Shown here one piece after another: positions 19,187-28,478 of a DNA stretch of 64,000 nucleotides (its first letter is position 1; each line of letters starts with the position of its first letter). Under the pieces are notes generated by a model, which did no database searches, was not told where the DNA came from, and saw only the letters and a program-made list of their open reading frames with translations. Both the position numbers and the translations under genes were made by a program. The stretch spans positions 58,805 through 122,804 of the forward strand of contig JAFCCL010000001.1 of NCBI GenBank assembly GCA_017610205.1. Reading direction: 5' to 3'. This stretch comes from Candidatus Iainarchaeum sp. GTDB taxonomy: Archaea; Iainarchaeota; Iainarchaeia; Iainarchaeales; GCA-2688035.

Positions 19187-20152
19187 TCACTTTCTGGCTT
19201 TTTTTCTGTAAAGCAGTTCTTCAAGTAGCCTTCTCTGCCTGTCAAGCATGTCTGCAATTAGTGCAAGCATCATAAGCAGGAAACCAAGAAGTAGAAGTAT
19301 TCCAATTCCATAAACAATCCATCCTAGTGTTGGTGTTGGTGAAAAAAGCCAGTAATATATTACCCCGACAATGCCTGTGACAAAAAGAAGCAGTCCTATT
19401 ATTCCAAAGAACTGCAGTGGCTTGTAATCGCGAAGTGTTCTAATAAAGATTATTAAGGCTTTTATGCCGTAGCTATACCAGTGGGTTACAATACGGCTTT
19501 TTCCACTGCGTTCTCCTGCAACTTTGCATGCAACTTCTTCAATTCTCATTTCTTTTTCAAGCAAGTCAATTAAAACTTCCTGCGTGTAAGTGAATTTTGC
19601 AAACAGGTTCATTCTCAAAGCAGCTTCTCTGCTGTAAGCTCTAAATCCACATTGTGTGTCAGTAAATTTGCTTCCTGTAAAAAAGTTTATTATTTTGGTA
19701 AAGCATTTGTTTCCAAATTTTTTAATTCCTGGCATTTCTGGCTCAAGGGTTTTGTCCAAAAAACGGCTGCATGTTACAACATCTGCGTTTCCTAAAAGAA
19801 TTGGCGCAATAATTTTTTCAATGTCTTTTGGATTAAATTGCCCGTCTGCATCAATGTTTACTATGATGTTAGCATTCATTTTTAAGGCGGCTTCAATTCC
19901 TGTTCTAAAAGCAATTCCCAATCCCTTATTTGAATCGTGTGAGACAATTTTGTCTGCTTTTGCCAGCCCTGCCTTTTGCACTGTTCTGTCCGTGCTTCCA
20001 TCGTCAACTACTAGCACAAGAACTTTTGTAATCCCCTTAATTTTTCTAGGAATTGCCTTTATTACTGAAGCAATTGTCTTCTCTTCGTTAAGAGCAGGTA
20101 TTAGTACAACAAGTTTTGTGTTTTTTTCCATAGTATTCATTTCTTGCATCAA
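19187..20152 (-). CDS. GT2 DPM1-like polyprenyl-phosphate glycosyltransferase with two C-terminal TM helices
   Basis: IPALNEE, VDDGSTD, IDADGQF, DTQCGFRA. True start may be 20131. Confidence 0.88.
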   Translation of the reverse strand: MMQEMNTMEKNTKLVVLIPALNEEKTIASVIKAIPRKIKGITKVLVLVVDDGSTDRTVQKAGLAKADKIVSHDSNKGLGIAFRTGIEAALKMNANIIVNIDADGQFNPKDIEKIIAPILLGNADVVTCSRFLDKTLEPEMPGIKKFGNKCFTKIINFFTGSKFTDTQCGFRAYSREAALRMNLFAKFTYTQEVLIDLLEKEMRIEEVACKVAGERSGKSRIVTHWYSYGIKALIIFIRTLRDYKPLQFFGIIGLLLFVTGIVGVIYYWLFSPTPTLGWIVYGIGILLLLGFLLMMLALIADMLDRQRRLLEELLYRKKARK

Positions 20153-20236
20153 GTCCTTTAAAACCTTTTATTTTTTGATTAACGTACCATAATTTGCGGG
20201 GTTTCTTTAAATATTTTTTCCAAATTAACTCTATTA

Positions 20237-21805
20237 ATGTCATTTACTTTTTCGGGTTTTTTTTCAAACAGGCCCTCTGAAATAAAAATTGCAATTATAA
20301 TTATTATATTTGCGTTTGTTGCAAGGCTTTTTGCCCTGTTTTTTATGCCTGATGTGTCAATGACTGACAGCATTTACCATTTAAGTATTGTAAAATACAT
20401 TATTGCAAATCATGTCATACCGCTTGCAGGCATTCCTAATGTAAGTAACGCAAGCCTGCCTGTTCCACTTTTCCACATACTTGTTGCAATTCCTTTTACA
20501 ATTCTTCCAATTCAATTTAATCTTGCAACTGCCAGAATTTTTCCGTTTATTTTCTCTTTTCTCCAGCTTGTACTTGCTTTTATTCTTCTTAAAAAATTGT
20601 TTCCAAAAAGATGGCCTATTGGATTTGCATTTGTTGCAATGCAGCCATTCCTGATAATTTTTGGTGCATTAAATTACCTTGAAACACTTGCAACAGTTAC
20701 TGTTCTTGCCTGTTTTTTGATATATTTGCGTTTTGCAGAAACAGGCAAAACGTCTTACTTAATTGCGATGCCTTTTGCAATTGCAGCAATGGCTCTTTCA
20801 AAAGAAAGCGCAACAATTCTTGTTCCGCCTTTTTTTCTTGCATTCCTTTTTGAATTGTTGAAAAAGAGAGGCGGGGTTGAATTGTGGAAAAAAAAGGGCA
20901 GAGTTTTATGGCAATGGACTGCAAAAACAGCCTATTTTGTTGTTGCTTCAGTAACACTTTCAGCTGTATGGTTTTTTGTAAATGCAAAAAGTCAAAGCAC
21001 TTCAGCTTCAACAACTGTAAGAGGTTTTGCCGCATTTCTTACCGGTCTGCAATATCTTTCCCCTGTTCTTATTTTGCTATTGCCGTTGCAGTTTAATGCA
21101 TCGTTTTGGTTTTTCCTGGCACAGGGCTTTAGTTCAAATCCTTTTGGCATATCTGCAGAACTTGCATTTGTTGCATTTAGCATTGTAACTTTCCCTGTTC
21201 TTTGCCTGATTTTCTTTGGTTTGGCAAAAGGGGTTGCAAAAAAGGACAGGGCGTCGCTTTTGCTTCTCTTATGCCTTGCGTTTTCATTTTTTATCCTTGT
21301 TGTAAGGGCCAACAGGCAAATTAGCGTCAGAATGCTTGTTCCAATTATTCCATTGTTTGGCATTTCCGTTTGCTGGGCTTTTAAAAGCATTAATGGAATT
21401 AATTGGAGAAGAATTGCGTTGCTTTTATTTTCTCTCACAGCAATTTATTCAGTTGCCTTTTCCTCGCTTTATGTGCTTAATTTTTATGAAGATTACAACA
21501 ATCACATTCCGCTGTACGAGTTTGCAAAAGGCTTGCCTGAAGGAAGTGTGATTGCAATCCATCCAAATAAGACAAGGCAGTTGCCTTTTATTACTGGCGT
21601 TCAGTCTGTTTCGTTTGCATATTTTAATGACTTGAAGCAAGAAGAGCTTATTCAAAAATTGAATGAGTATAATGTTACTCATATTGCTGCAACCTGTTAT
21701 AAAAATCCATGGGATTTAGATGTTTTAAATTCGCTTGAACAGCAGTATTTGCTTGAAAAAGTTTTTGGAGACAACTGTAGTACATTGTATTGGCTGAAAA
21801 AGTGA
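20237..21805 (+). CDS. GT-C fold membrane glycosyltransferase (PMT_2-like)
   Basis: TDSIYH loop, PLFHIL, LSKE, RMLVP; multi-TM with soluble C-terminal tail. Confidence 0.65.
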   Translation: MSFTFSGFFSNRPSEIKIAIIIIIFAFVARLFALFFMPDVSMTDSIYHLSIVKYIIANHVIPLAGIPNVSNASLPVPLFHILVAIPFTILPIQFNLATARIFPFIFSFLQLVLAFILLKKLFPKRWPIGFAFVAMQPFLIIFGALNYLETLATVTVLACFLIYLRFAETGKTSYLIAMPFAIAAMALSKESATILVPPFFLAFLFELLKKRGGVELWKKKGRVLWQWTAKTAYFVVASVTLSAVWFFVNAKSQSTSASTTVRGFAAFLTGLQYLSPVLILLLPLQFNASFWFFLAQGFSSNPFGISAELAFVAFSIVTFPVLCLIFFGLAKGVAKKDRASLLLLLCLAFSFFILVVRANRQISVRMLVPIIPLFGISVCWAFKSINGINWRRIALLLFSLTAIYSVAFSSLYVLNFYEDYNNHIPLYEFAKGLPEGSVIAIHPNKTRQLPFITGVQSVSFAYFNDLKQEELIQKLNEYNVTHIAATCYKNPWDLDVLNSLEQQYLLEKVFGDNCSTLYWLKK

Positions 21806-21859
21806 TTTGAATGGAAACAATAACTTCTGTAAATTGTACTGATTAAAAAAGTGATTTGA

Positions 21860-23431
21860 ATGGGAAAAGAACTTTCTGTAATTGCAAAAGGTGCCGGTTT
21901 TATATTTGCTGGTTTTGCTTTAAGCAAGGTGTTTGCGCTTATTTACCGGATGCTTTTGGCAAGATGGCTTGGCCCTGCAGAATTTGGATTATTCTCTATC
22001 TGTCTAGGGATACTTGGTATTGTTTCAGTTTTTGCAGCTTTGGGGCTTTACCAGGGCATCCTTCACTATGTTGCGGTTTATGATAGTACCGGGCAAAAGG
22101 AGATGGTTAGGGGAACAATTTTGTTTGGATTAAAAGCCCAGTTTGTTTCTTCTGTATTTTTTGCTATAGTTTTGTTTATTTTATCTGACTGGCTTGCAGT
22201 CTCTTTTTTTCACGAGCCGGAACTTTCCATAGTGCTAAAAATTTTTGCAATTTCACTGCCGTTCTTTATTCTGACTTCTAGCCTGATGATTTTGACACAG
22301 GCTTTCAAAAAAATTAAATATAAAGTTTATCTAAGGAGTCTGATTGAAAATATTTCCAAAATTGTTTTAACTGTAATTTTTCTTTTTTTTGGATTTCAGC
22401 TTTTTGGAGTAGTTCTTGCACTTGCAATAAGTGCTGTTTTTACTTTTATAATTTCGCTTTACATTGTGCAAAAAAAAGTCTTTCCATTGTTTGATTCAAA
22501 AATTAAATCTAAATTTAATCCAAAAGAACTTTTTGCTTACAGCTGGCCTTTGTTTGCTGTTGGTTTTTTTTCAGTAATAATGAGTTCCACTGACACACTA
22601 ATGTTAGGTTATTTTTCTTTTGTTTATGATGTTGGAATTTATAATGTTGCTCATCCTGTAGCAAATTTTTTGACAGTTGCCGGAACTGCTTTTGGAACGC
22701 TTTTTCTTCCTATAATTACAGGAATTTATGCTCAAAAGAAAATGGATAAATTTGAAAAAACTTTTAAAACTATTACTAGGTGGGTTTTTTTAGTAACCTT
22801 CCCCTGTTTACTTTTTACAATTCTTTTTTCATCTGATATTCTTACGGTGTTGTTTGGTGACGTTTATGCAGCTGGTGCTGGAGTTTTGATAATTCTTTCG
22901 CTAGGTGTCTTTGTCAGTTCATTTACTGGTAACGTAAAATCAATTCTTGAAAGTATCAAAAAGACAAAACTTATTTTTGTTAATACTGTAATCTGTGGTG
23001 TTTTAAATATTTTTCTTAATTTCTGGCTTATAAAATTGTTTGAAACAAGTGGAAATGCTATTTTAGGCGCTGCTTTGGCCACTGCTTTTTCTTATTTTCT
23101 TTGGAGCTTTTTGGCATTTATTGAAGTTTATGTTTTGACAAGAATCCATCCTTATTCCAAGGCATATTTTGTTCCAACAATTTCAGCGTGCATTGCAATA
23201 CTTTTGTTTTTTGTTTTAAAGAATACCCTGCCTCCATTTATATTGCTGAACTTTCCGGTTGATTTTATTATATTGTGTCTTTTTGGTATTGGCTTTTTGG
23301 TATTTTATGGGGTGCTGTTTATCGTGTTTAAGGGGCTGCAGCCAGATGACCTTGAGATTTTGAAACAGGTTGAAGCTAAGTTTGGTTTTAAGTTTAACTT
23401 TATAAGAAATTTTGTGAAAAAATTTATTTAA
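21860..23431 (+). CDS. Oligosaccharide flippase (Wzx/MOP family)
   Basis: LARWLGPAEFGLF, TDTLMLG, VGIYNVA, GAALAT. Confidence 0.88.
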   Translation: MGKELSVIAKGAGFIFAGFALSKVFALIYRMLLARWLGPAEFGLFSICLGILGIVSVFAALGLYQGILHYVAVYDSTGQKEMVRGTILFGLKAQFVSSVFFAIVLFILSDWLAVSFFHEPELSIVLKIFAISLPFFILTSSLMILTQAFKKIKYKVYLRSLIENISKIVLTVIFLFFGFQLFGVVLALAISAVFTFIISLYIVQKKVFPLFDSKIKSKFNPKELFAYSWPLFAVGFFSVIMSSTDTLMLGYFSFVYDVGIYNVAHPVANFLTVAGTAFGTLFLPIITGIYAQKKMDKFEKTFKTITRWVFLVTFPCLLFTILFSSDILTVLFGDVYAAGAGVLIILSLGVFVSSFTGNVKSILESIKKTKLIFVNTVICGVLNIFLNFWLIKLFETSGNAILGAALATAFSYFLWSFLAFIEVYVLTRIHPYSKAYFVPTISACIAILLFFVLKNTLPPFILLNFPVDFIILCLFGIGFLVFYGVLFIVFKGLQPDDLEILKQVEAKFGFKFNFIRNFVKKFI

Positions 23432-23465
23432 TTCTATTAAATATTTTTTTAAAGAAAAAAATAAA

Positions 23466-24620
23466 TCATTTTTTTTTAAAAACTATTTTTTCTTTGCTAC
23501 TTTTTTTTTCTTTAAATCCTAGTTTTTTAAAAAGTTTTTTTGAAGCAGTATTTTTTGGTTTTATTTCTGCAATACACTCCCTAATATTTATTCCTGATAA
23601 TGCTATAAACGCAATGCCTTTTTTTCTAAAATTTTCATTGATTGCAATTGAAACTATTTTTTTGTCAATTCTTGCAAGTCCAACTGGCGTTTTTCCTGAA
23701 AAAATTGCAAATGCCTTAAAATCATTATCTTTCAATTTTGTTTCCCAATATTTTGTGTTTTCTTTGACTTTTATTTTAGCAGGGTTAAATGAGTTTTTTC
23801 TGACAGTTTTTTGGTTCATAATGTTCAAAATCCATTTTCTGTCATTAAAATTTACTGGTCTTAGTGTAATTTGCTCAATATTTCCTCTTTTGTCCCTGTA
23901 TTTTTCTTCTTGAGTTATACTTATTTTTTTCAGTTTTGGATTGTTGTCAACAAACCCTATAACTTTTTCAACTTCTGCGTTTGTTTCAAGCTTTGAAAAA
24001 ATTGTTTCCATTAACTTAAGGTCTTTTTTTGTGTCAACACAAAACCTTAGCTCTGGTCTAAATAATTTTTTTCTTGCTTTTACATATCCCATTTTGAATT
24101 TTTTTGGGTTTGCATAAATATAATGAGTTACATGTTCTTTGTCAAACTTGCTTTTTGCTTCTTTAACTGTTTTTTCAAGTATTTTGAAAGAAAAGACTTC
24201 TACATCAAGGCCTCTTGGAAATGTTCTGAGTGCAATATTGCTTACATAATCAAATTTTTCTTTTAAAAATTTTTCAACTGTCTGATCAACTGTTTTAGAA
24301 TCAATTAGGGGACAATCTCCTGTTACTCTTATAACGACATCTAGCTCGTGTTTTTTTGCGCAATCATAATACCTTTTCAAAACATTATTTTCAGATCCTT
24401 TGTATACTTTAATTCCTTTTTTTTTGCAATAGTTTGAAATTTTATTGTCATTTCTTGCAGTGCTTGTAGCGACAATAATTGTATCAAGTTTCTTGCATGC
24501 TGTAAGTCGTTCAATAATAATCCCAAGCATTGGTTTTCCTGCAATCTTTGTCATACTTTTTCCAGGGAGCCTTGTTGATCCCATTCTTGCCTGTACTATA
24601 CAGCCTATTTTTTTTCTCAT
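23466..24620 (-). CDS. SpsF/PseF-like cytidylyltransferase fused to a C-terminal GNAT (PseH-like) domain
   Basis: IVQARMGSTRLPGK, RVTGDCP, PRGLDVE, EHVT, CVDT; then ITLRPV, FRKKGIA, IKPKNTASKKLFKKLGF. Confidence 0.85.
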   Translation of the reverse strand: MRKKIGCIVQARMGSTRLPGKSMTKIAGKPMLGIIIERLTACKKLDTIIVATSTARNDNKISNYCKKKGIKVYKGSENNVLKRYYDCAKKHELDVVIRVTGDCPLIDSKTVDQTVEKFLKEKFDYVSNIALRTFPRGLDVEVFSFKILEKTVKEAKSKFDKEHVTHYIYANPKKFKMGYVKARKKLFRPELRFCVDTKKDLKLMETIFSKLETNAEVEKVIGFVDNNPKLKKISITQEEKYRDKRGNIEQITLRPVNFNDRKWILNIMNQKTVRKNSFNPAKIKVKENTKYWETKLKDNDFKAFAIFSGKTPVGLARIDKKIVSIAINENFRKKGIAFIALSGINIRECIAEIKPKNTASKKLFKKLGFKEKKSSKEKIVFKKK

Positions 24621-24633
24621 GATTTTTCAAGCC

Positions 24634-24711
24634 TTAAACGTATTTTTTCTTAATTGGCTGATTTTTCTTAATTGCTTTTTTTGCCTTGTTGCCAATTTTG
24701 AATGAATTCAT
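24634..24711 (-). pseudogene. Probable deletion scar of a NeuB/PseI nonulosonate synthase gene
   Basis: 25-aa mini-ORF MNSFKIGNK|AKKAIKKNQPIKKKYV: a NeuB-like N-terminus joined to a SAF-domain-like C-terminus, between pseC and the pseF-like gene. Confidence 0.55.
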
Positions 24712-24780
24712 TTTTGCTTTCACTTACTTTCAGCTTTTTTTTTTTACTTTATTTTCATTTTCTCTCTTTTAAATATTTTT

Positions 24781-25926
24781 TCATTTCACTTCTTTTAAAC
24801 CTTCTTTTACTTTTGCAATAACGTAATTTACATCATCTTCAACCATCTTTGGAAAAATTGGCAGGCTTAAAATTCTTTTAAAAACATATTCTGTGTTTGG
24901 AAAGTCCTTTGGATTCAAGTTATATTTTTTTTGGTAAAGACTGTGTCTGTAAATTGGAATATAGTGCACATTTACTCCAATGTTTTGCCCTCTTAGGAAT
25001 TTGAATAGCTTGTCCCTGTTTTTTACAAGCACGCAATAAAGATGCCACGCATGTTTTATTCCCTGCATTGTTTTTGGGGTTTTAATTCCGTCAAGTCCCT
25101 CAAATGCTTTGTTATATGTTTTGGCAATTTCTTCACGTCTTTTCAAAAATGTTTCAATTCTTGAAAACTGGCTTAATGCAAGTGCGCATCCAATATCGCT
25201 TATTCTAAAATTTCTGCTAAGTTCTTTAACATCATATGCATAGTCGCCATTTTTTCCAAAACGTTTTTTTGCATCTCTATCAATGCCGTGGTTTCTAAGC
25301 ATTAAAATTTTTTTATAAATTTCTTCGTTGTTAACTGTTATTGCTCCGCCTTCACCTGAAGTAATATGTTTTACCGGGTGGAATGAAAAGCACCCTGCTT
25401 TGCCAAAAGAACCTGCTTTTTTGCCTTGAAATTTTGCTCCAAGTGCGTGTGCTGCATCCTCTATGATTGCCACGTTATTGCTTTTTGCAATTTTTTCAAT
25501 TTCGTTCATTTGACAGCATTGTCCTGCAAAATGAACCGGAATTATTGCCTTTGTTTTTTCCGTTATTTTTTTTTCAATTTCACCAGGGTCTATGTTGAAG
25601 CTTTCTTTGTCGATATCTGCAAAGTCAACATCTGCCTGGTTTAGCAGGGCGGCGTTTGCAGATGCAACAAAACTAAGAGGGCTTGTTATTATCCTGGTTC
25701 CTTTTTCAACTCCACACGCTTTTGCAGAAAGTTCCAAAGCGGCGGTTCCGCTGTTTACTGCAACCGCATATTTTGTACCAATATAATCTGCAAGTTTTTT
25801 TTCAAATTTGGCAATGGCTGGTCCGTTTGAAATCCAATCGCTTTTGAGAACTTGGTTTACTGCCAAAATGTCTTTATTATTTATCCAATGCAAACCATAT
25901 GGTAAATAGTTTTCTCTTTTTTTCAT
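24781..25926 (-). CDS. pseC: DegT/PseC-type PLP-dependent sugar aminotransferase
   Basis: LPYG, VNSGTAAL, SFVASAN, PVHFAG, EDAAHALG, FSFHPVKHITSGEGG, NVHYIP. Likely start is MKKRENY (track start 25986). Confidence 0.82.
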   Translation of the reverse strand: MKKRENYLPYGLHWINNKDILAVNQVLKSDWISNGPAIAKFEKKLADYIGTKYAVAVNSGTAALELSAKACGVEKGTRIITSPLSFVASANAALLNQADVDFADIDKESFNIDPGEIEKKITEKTKAIIPVHFAGQCCQMNEIEKIAKSNNVAIIEDAAHALGAKFQGKKAGSFGKAGCFSFHPVKHITSGEGGAITVNNEEIYKKILMLRNHGIDRDAKKRFGKNGDYAYDVKELSRNFRISDIGCALALSQFSRIETFLKRREEIAKTYNKAFEGLDGIKTPKTMQGIKHAWHLYCVLVKNRDKLFKFLRGQNIGVNVHYIPIYRHSLYQKKYNLNPKDFPNTEYVFKRILSLPIFPKMVEDDVNYVIAKVKEGLKEVK

Positions 25927-25969
25927 ACAAATCTTAATCCTGTATTTTTGCTTATTGCAAATATTGTTT

Positions 25970-26893
25970 TTATTGTTTTGCTTCAAACATTCTTTTTAAA
26001 CCTTCGTCTAAAGAAATTTTTGCTTCAAATCCCAATATCTTTTTTGCCAACTGGCCTGATGGAACCCTTTTAAAAATTTCTCTGGCGTTTGTTCTGTCAC
26101 TATTTTCCATATTAACAAACTTCGGATTTAGTTTCTTTCCACTTAACTTAATAACTTTTTCTGCCAACAGTTTCATCGAAATTGGTTCTGAATTGTTGCA
26201 TATGTTAAAAACTTTTTCATTAGCTTCCTTTTTTGTTAGTGCTAAAAGCACGCCATTGGAAGCGTCTTCTACATTACAAAAAGCCCTGATTTGTTCACCA
26301 TTTCCAAAAACAACCGGGTTTTTATCGTTTAATACATTATCAACAAATATTGGAATCACAAATTTTTTAGCTTGATTTATTCCGTATACATTAAAGAATC
26401 TAATAATTGAATAATTTAAATCATATCTTTGTTTATAAGCTTTTAGATATTCTTCACTTATTGCCTTAGTCAAACCATAAACTGATTTTGGTTTCAGTTC
26501 ATTTTTTTCTGTAATAGGAAAAACTGTTTGTTCGCCGTAAACTTCGCTTGATGAAGAAAAAACAATTTTTTTAACATTTTCTTTAACACATGCGTCTAAA
26601 ACATTAATAGTTCCCTGAGTGTTTATAGTCAAACAGTCCAATCTGTTTAATTCAGTGTTTTTAACGCCAATCATTGCTGCTAAATGTACTACATAGTCAC
26701 AGCCTTTAATTGCTTGTGATAGGCATGTTGAATCTAATATGCTTCCATAACAACATTTAATATTTTCTGAAAATTTCTTGTTTTTGAATTGATTAAAAAG
26801 GTCAAAAACGCATACTTCAAATCCTTCTTTAGCTAATCTTTCAGAAACATGGCTTCCAATAAAACCAGCTCCGCCTGTTACTAAAACTTTCAT
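25970..26893 (-). CDS. NAD-dependent epimerase/dehydratase (extended SDR)
   Basis: [28 protein letters not shown]. Confidence 0.88.
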   Translation of the reverse strand: MKVLVTGGAGFIGSHVSERLAKEGFEVCVFDLFNQFKNKKFSENIKCCYGSILDSTCLSQAIKGCDYVVHLAAMIGVKNTELNRLDCLTINTQGTINVLDACVKENVKKIVFSSSSEVYGEQTVFPITEKNELKPKSVYGLTKAISEEYLKAYKQRYDLNYSIIRFFNVYGINQAKKFVIPIFVDNVLNDKNPVVFGNGEQIRAFCNVEDASNGVLLALTKKEANEKVFNICNNSEPISMKLLAEKVIKLSGKKLNPKFVNMENSDRTNAREIFKRVPSGQLAKKILGFEAKISLDEGLKRMFEAKQ

Positions 26894-26982
26894 ATTTTGT
26901 CACACACTCCTTTTTTTGCCTATTTTAATTTTTTTTATGCATTTTTAGGTAGTTATATTTCTAAATCGGATTTTTTTCTTAA

Positions 26983-27582
26983 TTATTTAAATTTTGCTTT
27001 GGTTTTTTCCGATATAATTTTTGTCAGCCCTTCTTTTATTATAATACCTGATAACACAATAGGTAACATTCCTGTTGTCAAAATTATTTTAGTGTAAAAT
27101 AAACCTTTTCCTATTTTCTTTTTTAATTTTATTTTTGCCCTGTTAATTTTAGGGTGTTTGGTTTTGTGATAATATGACCCTTCTTTCAAAATTGTTTGAA
27201 ATTCTTTTTTTGTTTTGACCGGGGTATAACAATAATCCGGGACTTTTGTATAAAATTTTTTTTCTCCAACTGGAAAATAAGCAATTGTGACAACTTTTAA
27301 AAGTAATCCTTCTAATACTACTGTTGAAATTCCTTTGTATGCAATTGTAACATTCAAATTTGCTTCAAGCATTTGCTTATACAGTTTTGTTGTATTATCC
27401 AAGTAAACTCTCATGCCTTTTTTTTTGATATATGTTTTAATCTGTTTTTCGTTGCTACTTTTATGCAGCCTTACTGTTATTTCTATATTTTTATCATTTA
27501 ATTCTGAAATATCTTCGAGAGTTTTTGCAATTGGTTCAAAACCAGCGCAAGTTATGATTAAAACTTTGTACATTTTTTTCAC
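26983..27582 (-). CDS. Hypothetical protein resembling a lone C-terminal Rossmann domain of a GT-B/glycerophosphotransferase-like enzyme
   Basis: VRLH and STVVLEGLLL motifs; GTGA overlap with the PHP gene. Confidence 0.4.
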   Translation of the reverse strand: MKKMYKVLIITCAGFEPIAKTLEDISELNDKNIEITVRLHKSSNEKQIKTYIKKKGMRVYLDNTTKLYKQMLEANLNVTIAYKGISTVVLEGLLLKVVTIAYFPVGEKKFYTKVPDYCYTPVKTKKEFQTILKEGSYYHKTKHPKINRAKIKLKKKIGKGLFYTKIILTTGMLPIVLSGIIIKEGLTKIISEKTKAKFK

Positions 27583-28478
27583 CTTTTATTTTCAAAACTT
27601 TTTAAGTTCAATGTTAACTGCGATGATTTTTTAATTTTTTTGAGAACCGAATCTGGAATTGTAACTGAATTAATTGTTTGCCTATCGCCCCCATGAAAAT
27701 CGCTTCCTCCTGATTCAAGCAGGTTTTTTTCTTTTGCAATTTTCTGGAAAAATTTTATTATTTTCGTGTTTTCTTTTTTATCAATTTTTAATCTTGGGCA
27801 AATTATATAGTAAGGGTAATATGTTTCAATTCCTTGTCCTCCTTGTTTTTTAAAAAACTCGATTAATTTGATAGCCTTTTCTTTTGGAAAAATTCCAGGA
27901 TGTGCAAGAAATGTTGTGCCACCAGCTTTTTTTATTATTGTTATTGCTTCTTTAATTCCTGACTTTGATTCCCTGTCAACATAGGCTGGTTTGCCTGCTC
28001 CTAAATATTTTTCAAAAGCTTCTCTGATTGAGTGGATTTTGTTAGGGTATTTTTTCATAAGTAGCATGGCTATATGCGGTCTTCCCAATGTTCCTTTTAC
28101 TCCTGATTTTAGTTCTTCAAAACTTATGTCGAAGCCAAGTTTTTGCAATTTTTTTACAATTTTTTTCTTTTGCTCAAGCCTGTCCTGTTTTGCCTTTTTG
28201 ACAAATTTGTTTAGTTCATTGTTTTTGTAATCAACAAATAATCCAACAACTTCCGCTTCTTTGAATCCGTGTTTTTCTTCGTCGCAATTTATTTCTATTC
28301 CTGGAATAATCTCGATTCCTTTGCCTTTTGCATATTTGACAGCTGGTACAATGCCACTTATTGTATCGTGGTCTGTTATAGCTATGGCATTAAGGCCTTT
28401 TTTTAATGACAGTTTAACCAATTCTTCTGGTGAAAGCCTTCCGTCTGAAGCTGTTGTGTGCATATGCAAATCTACCAT
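27579..28478 (-). CDS. PHP-domain phosphoesterase (TrpH/YciV family), probable 3',5'-bisphosphate (pAp) phosphatase
   Basis: DLHMHTTASDG, AITDHDT, PGIE, GRPHIA, LAHP, GIE, GGSDFHG. Confidence 0.85.
   Translation of the reverse strand: MVDLHMHTTASDGRLSPEELVKLSLKKGLNAIAITDHDTISGIVPAVKYAKGKGIEIIPGIEINCDEEKHGFKEAEVVGLFVDYKNNELNKFVKKAKQDRLEQKKKIVKKLQKLGFDISFEELKSGVKGTLGRPHIAMLLMKKYPNKIHSIREAFEKYLGAGKPAYVDRESKSGIKEAITIIKKAGGTTFLAHPGIFPKEKAIKLIEFFKKQGGQGIETYYPYYIICPRLKIDKKENTKIIKFFQKIAKEKNLLESGGSDFHGGDRQTINSVTIPDSVLKKIKKSSQLTLNLKSFENKR

Noticed and set aside
5992-24745. A/T homopolymer runs (8-11 nt) as phase-variation switches
   Set aside because: Expected in this AT-rich, Lys/Phe-rich sequence, and the genes containing them are in frame.
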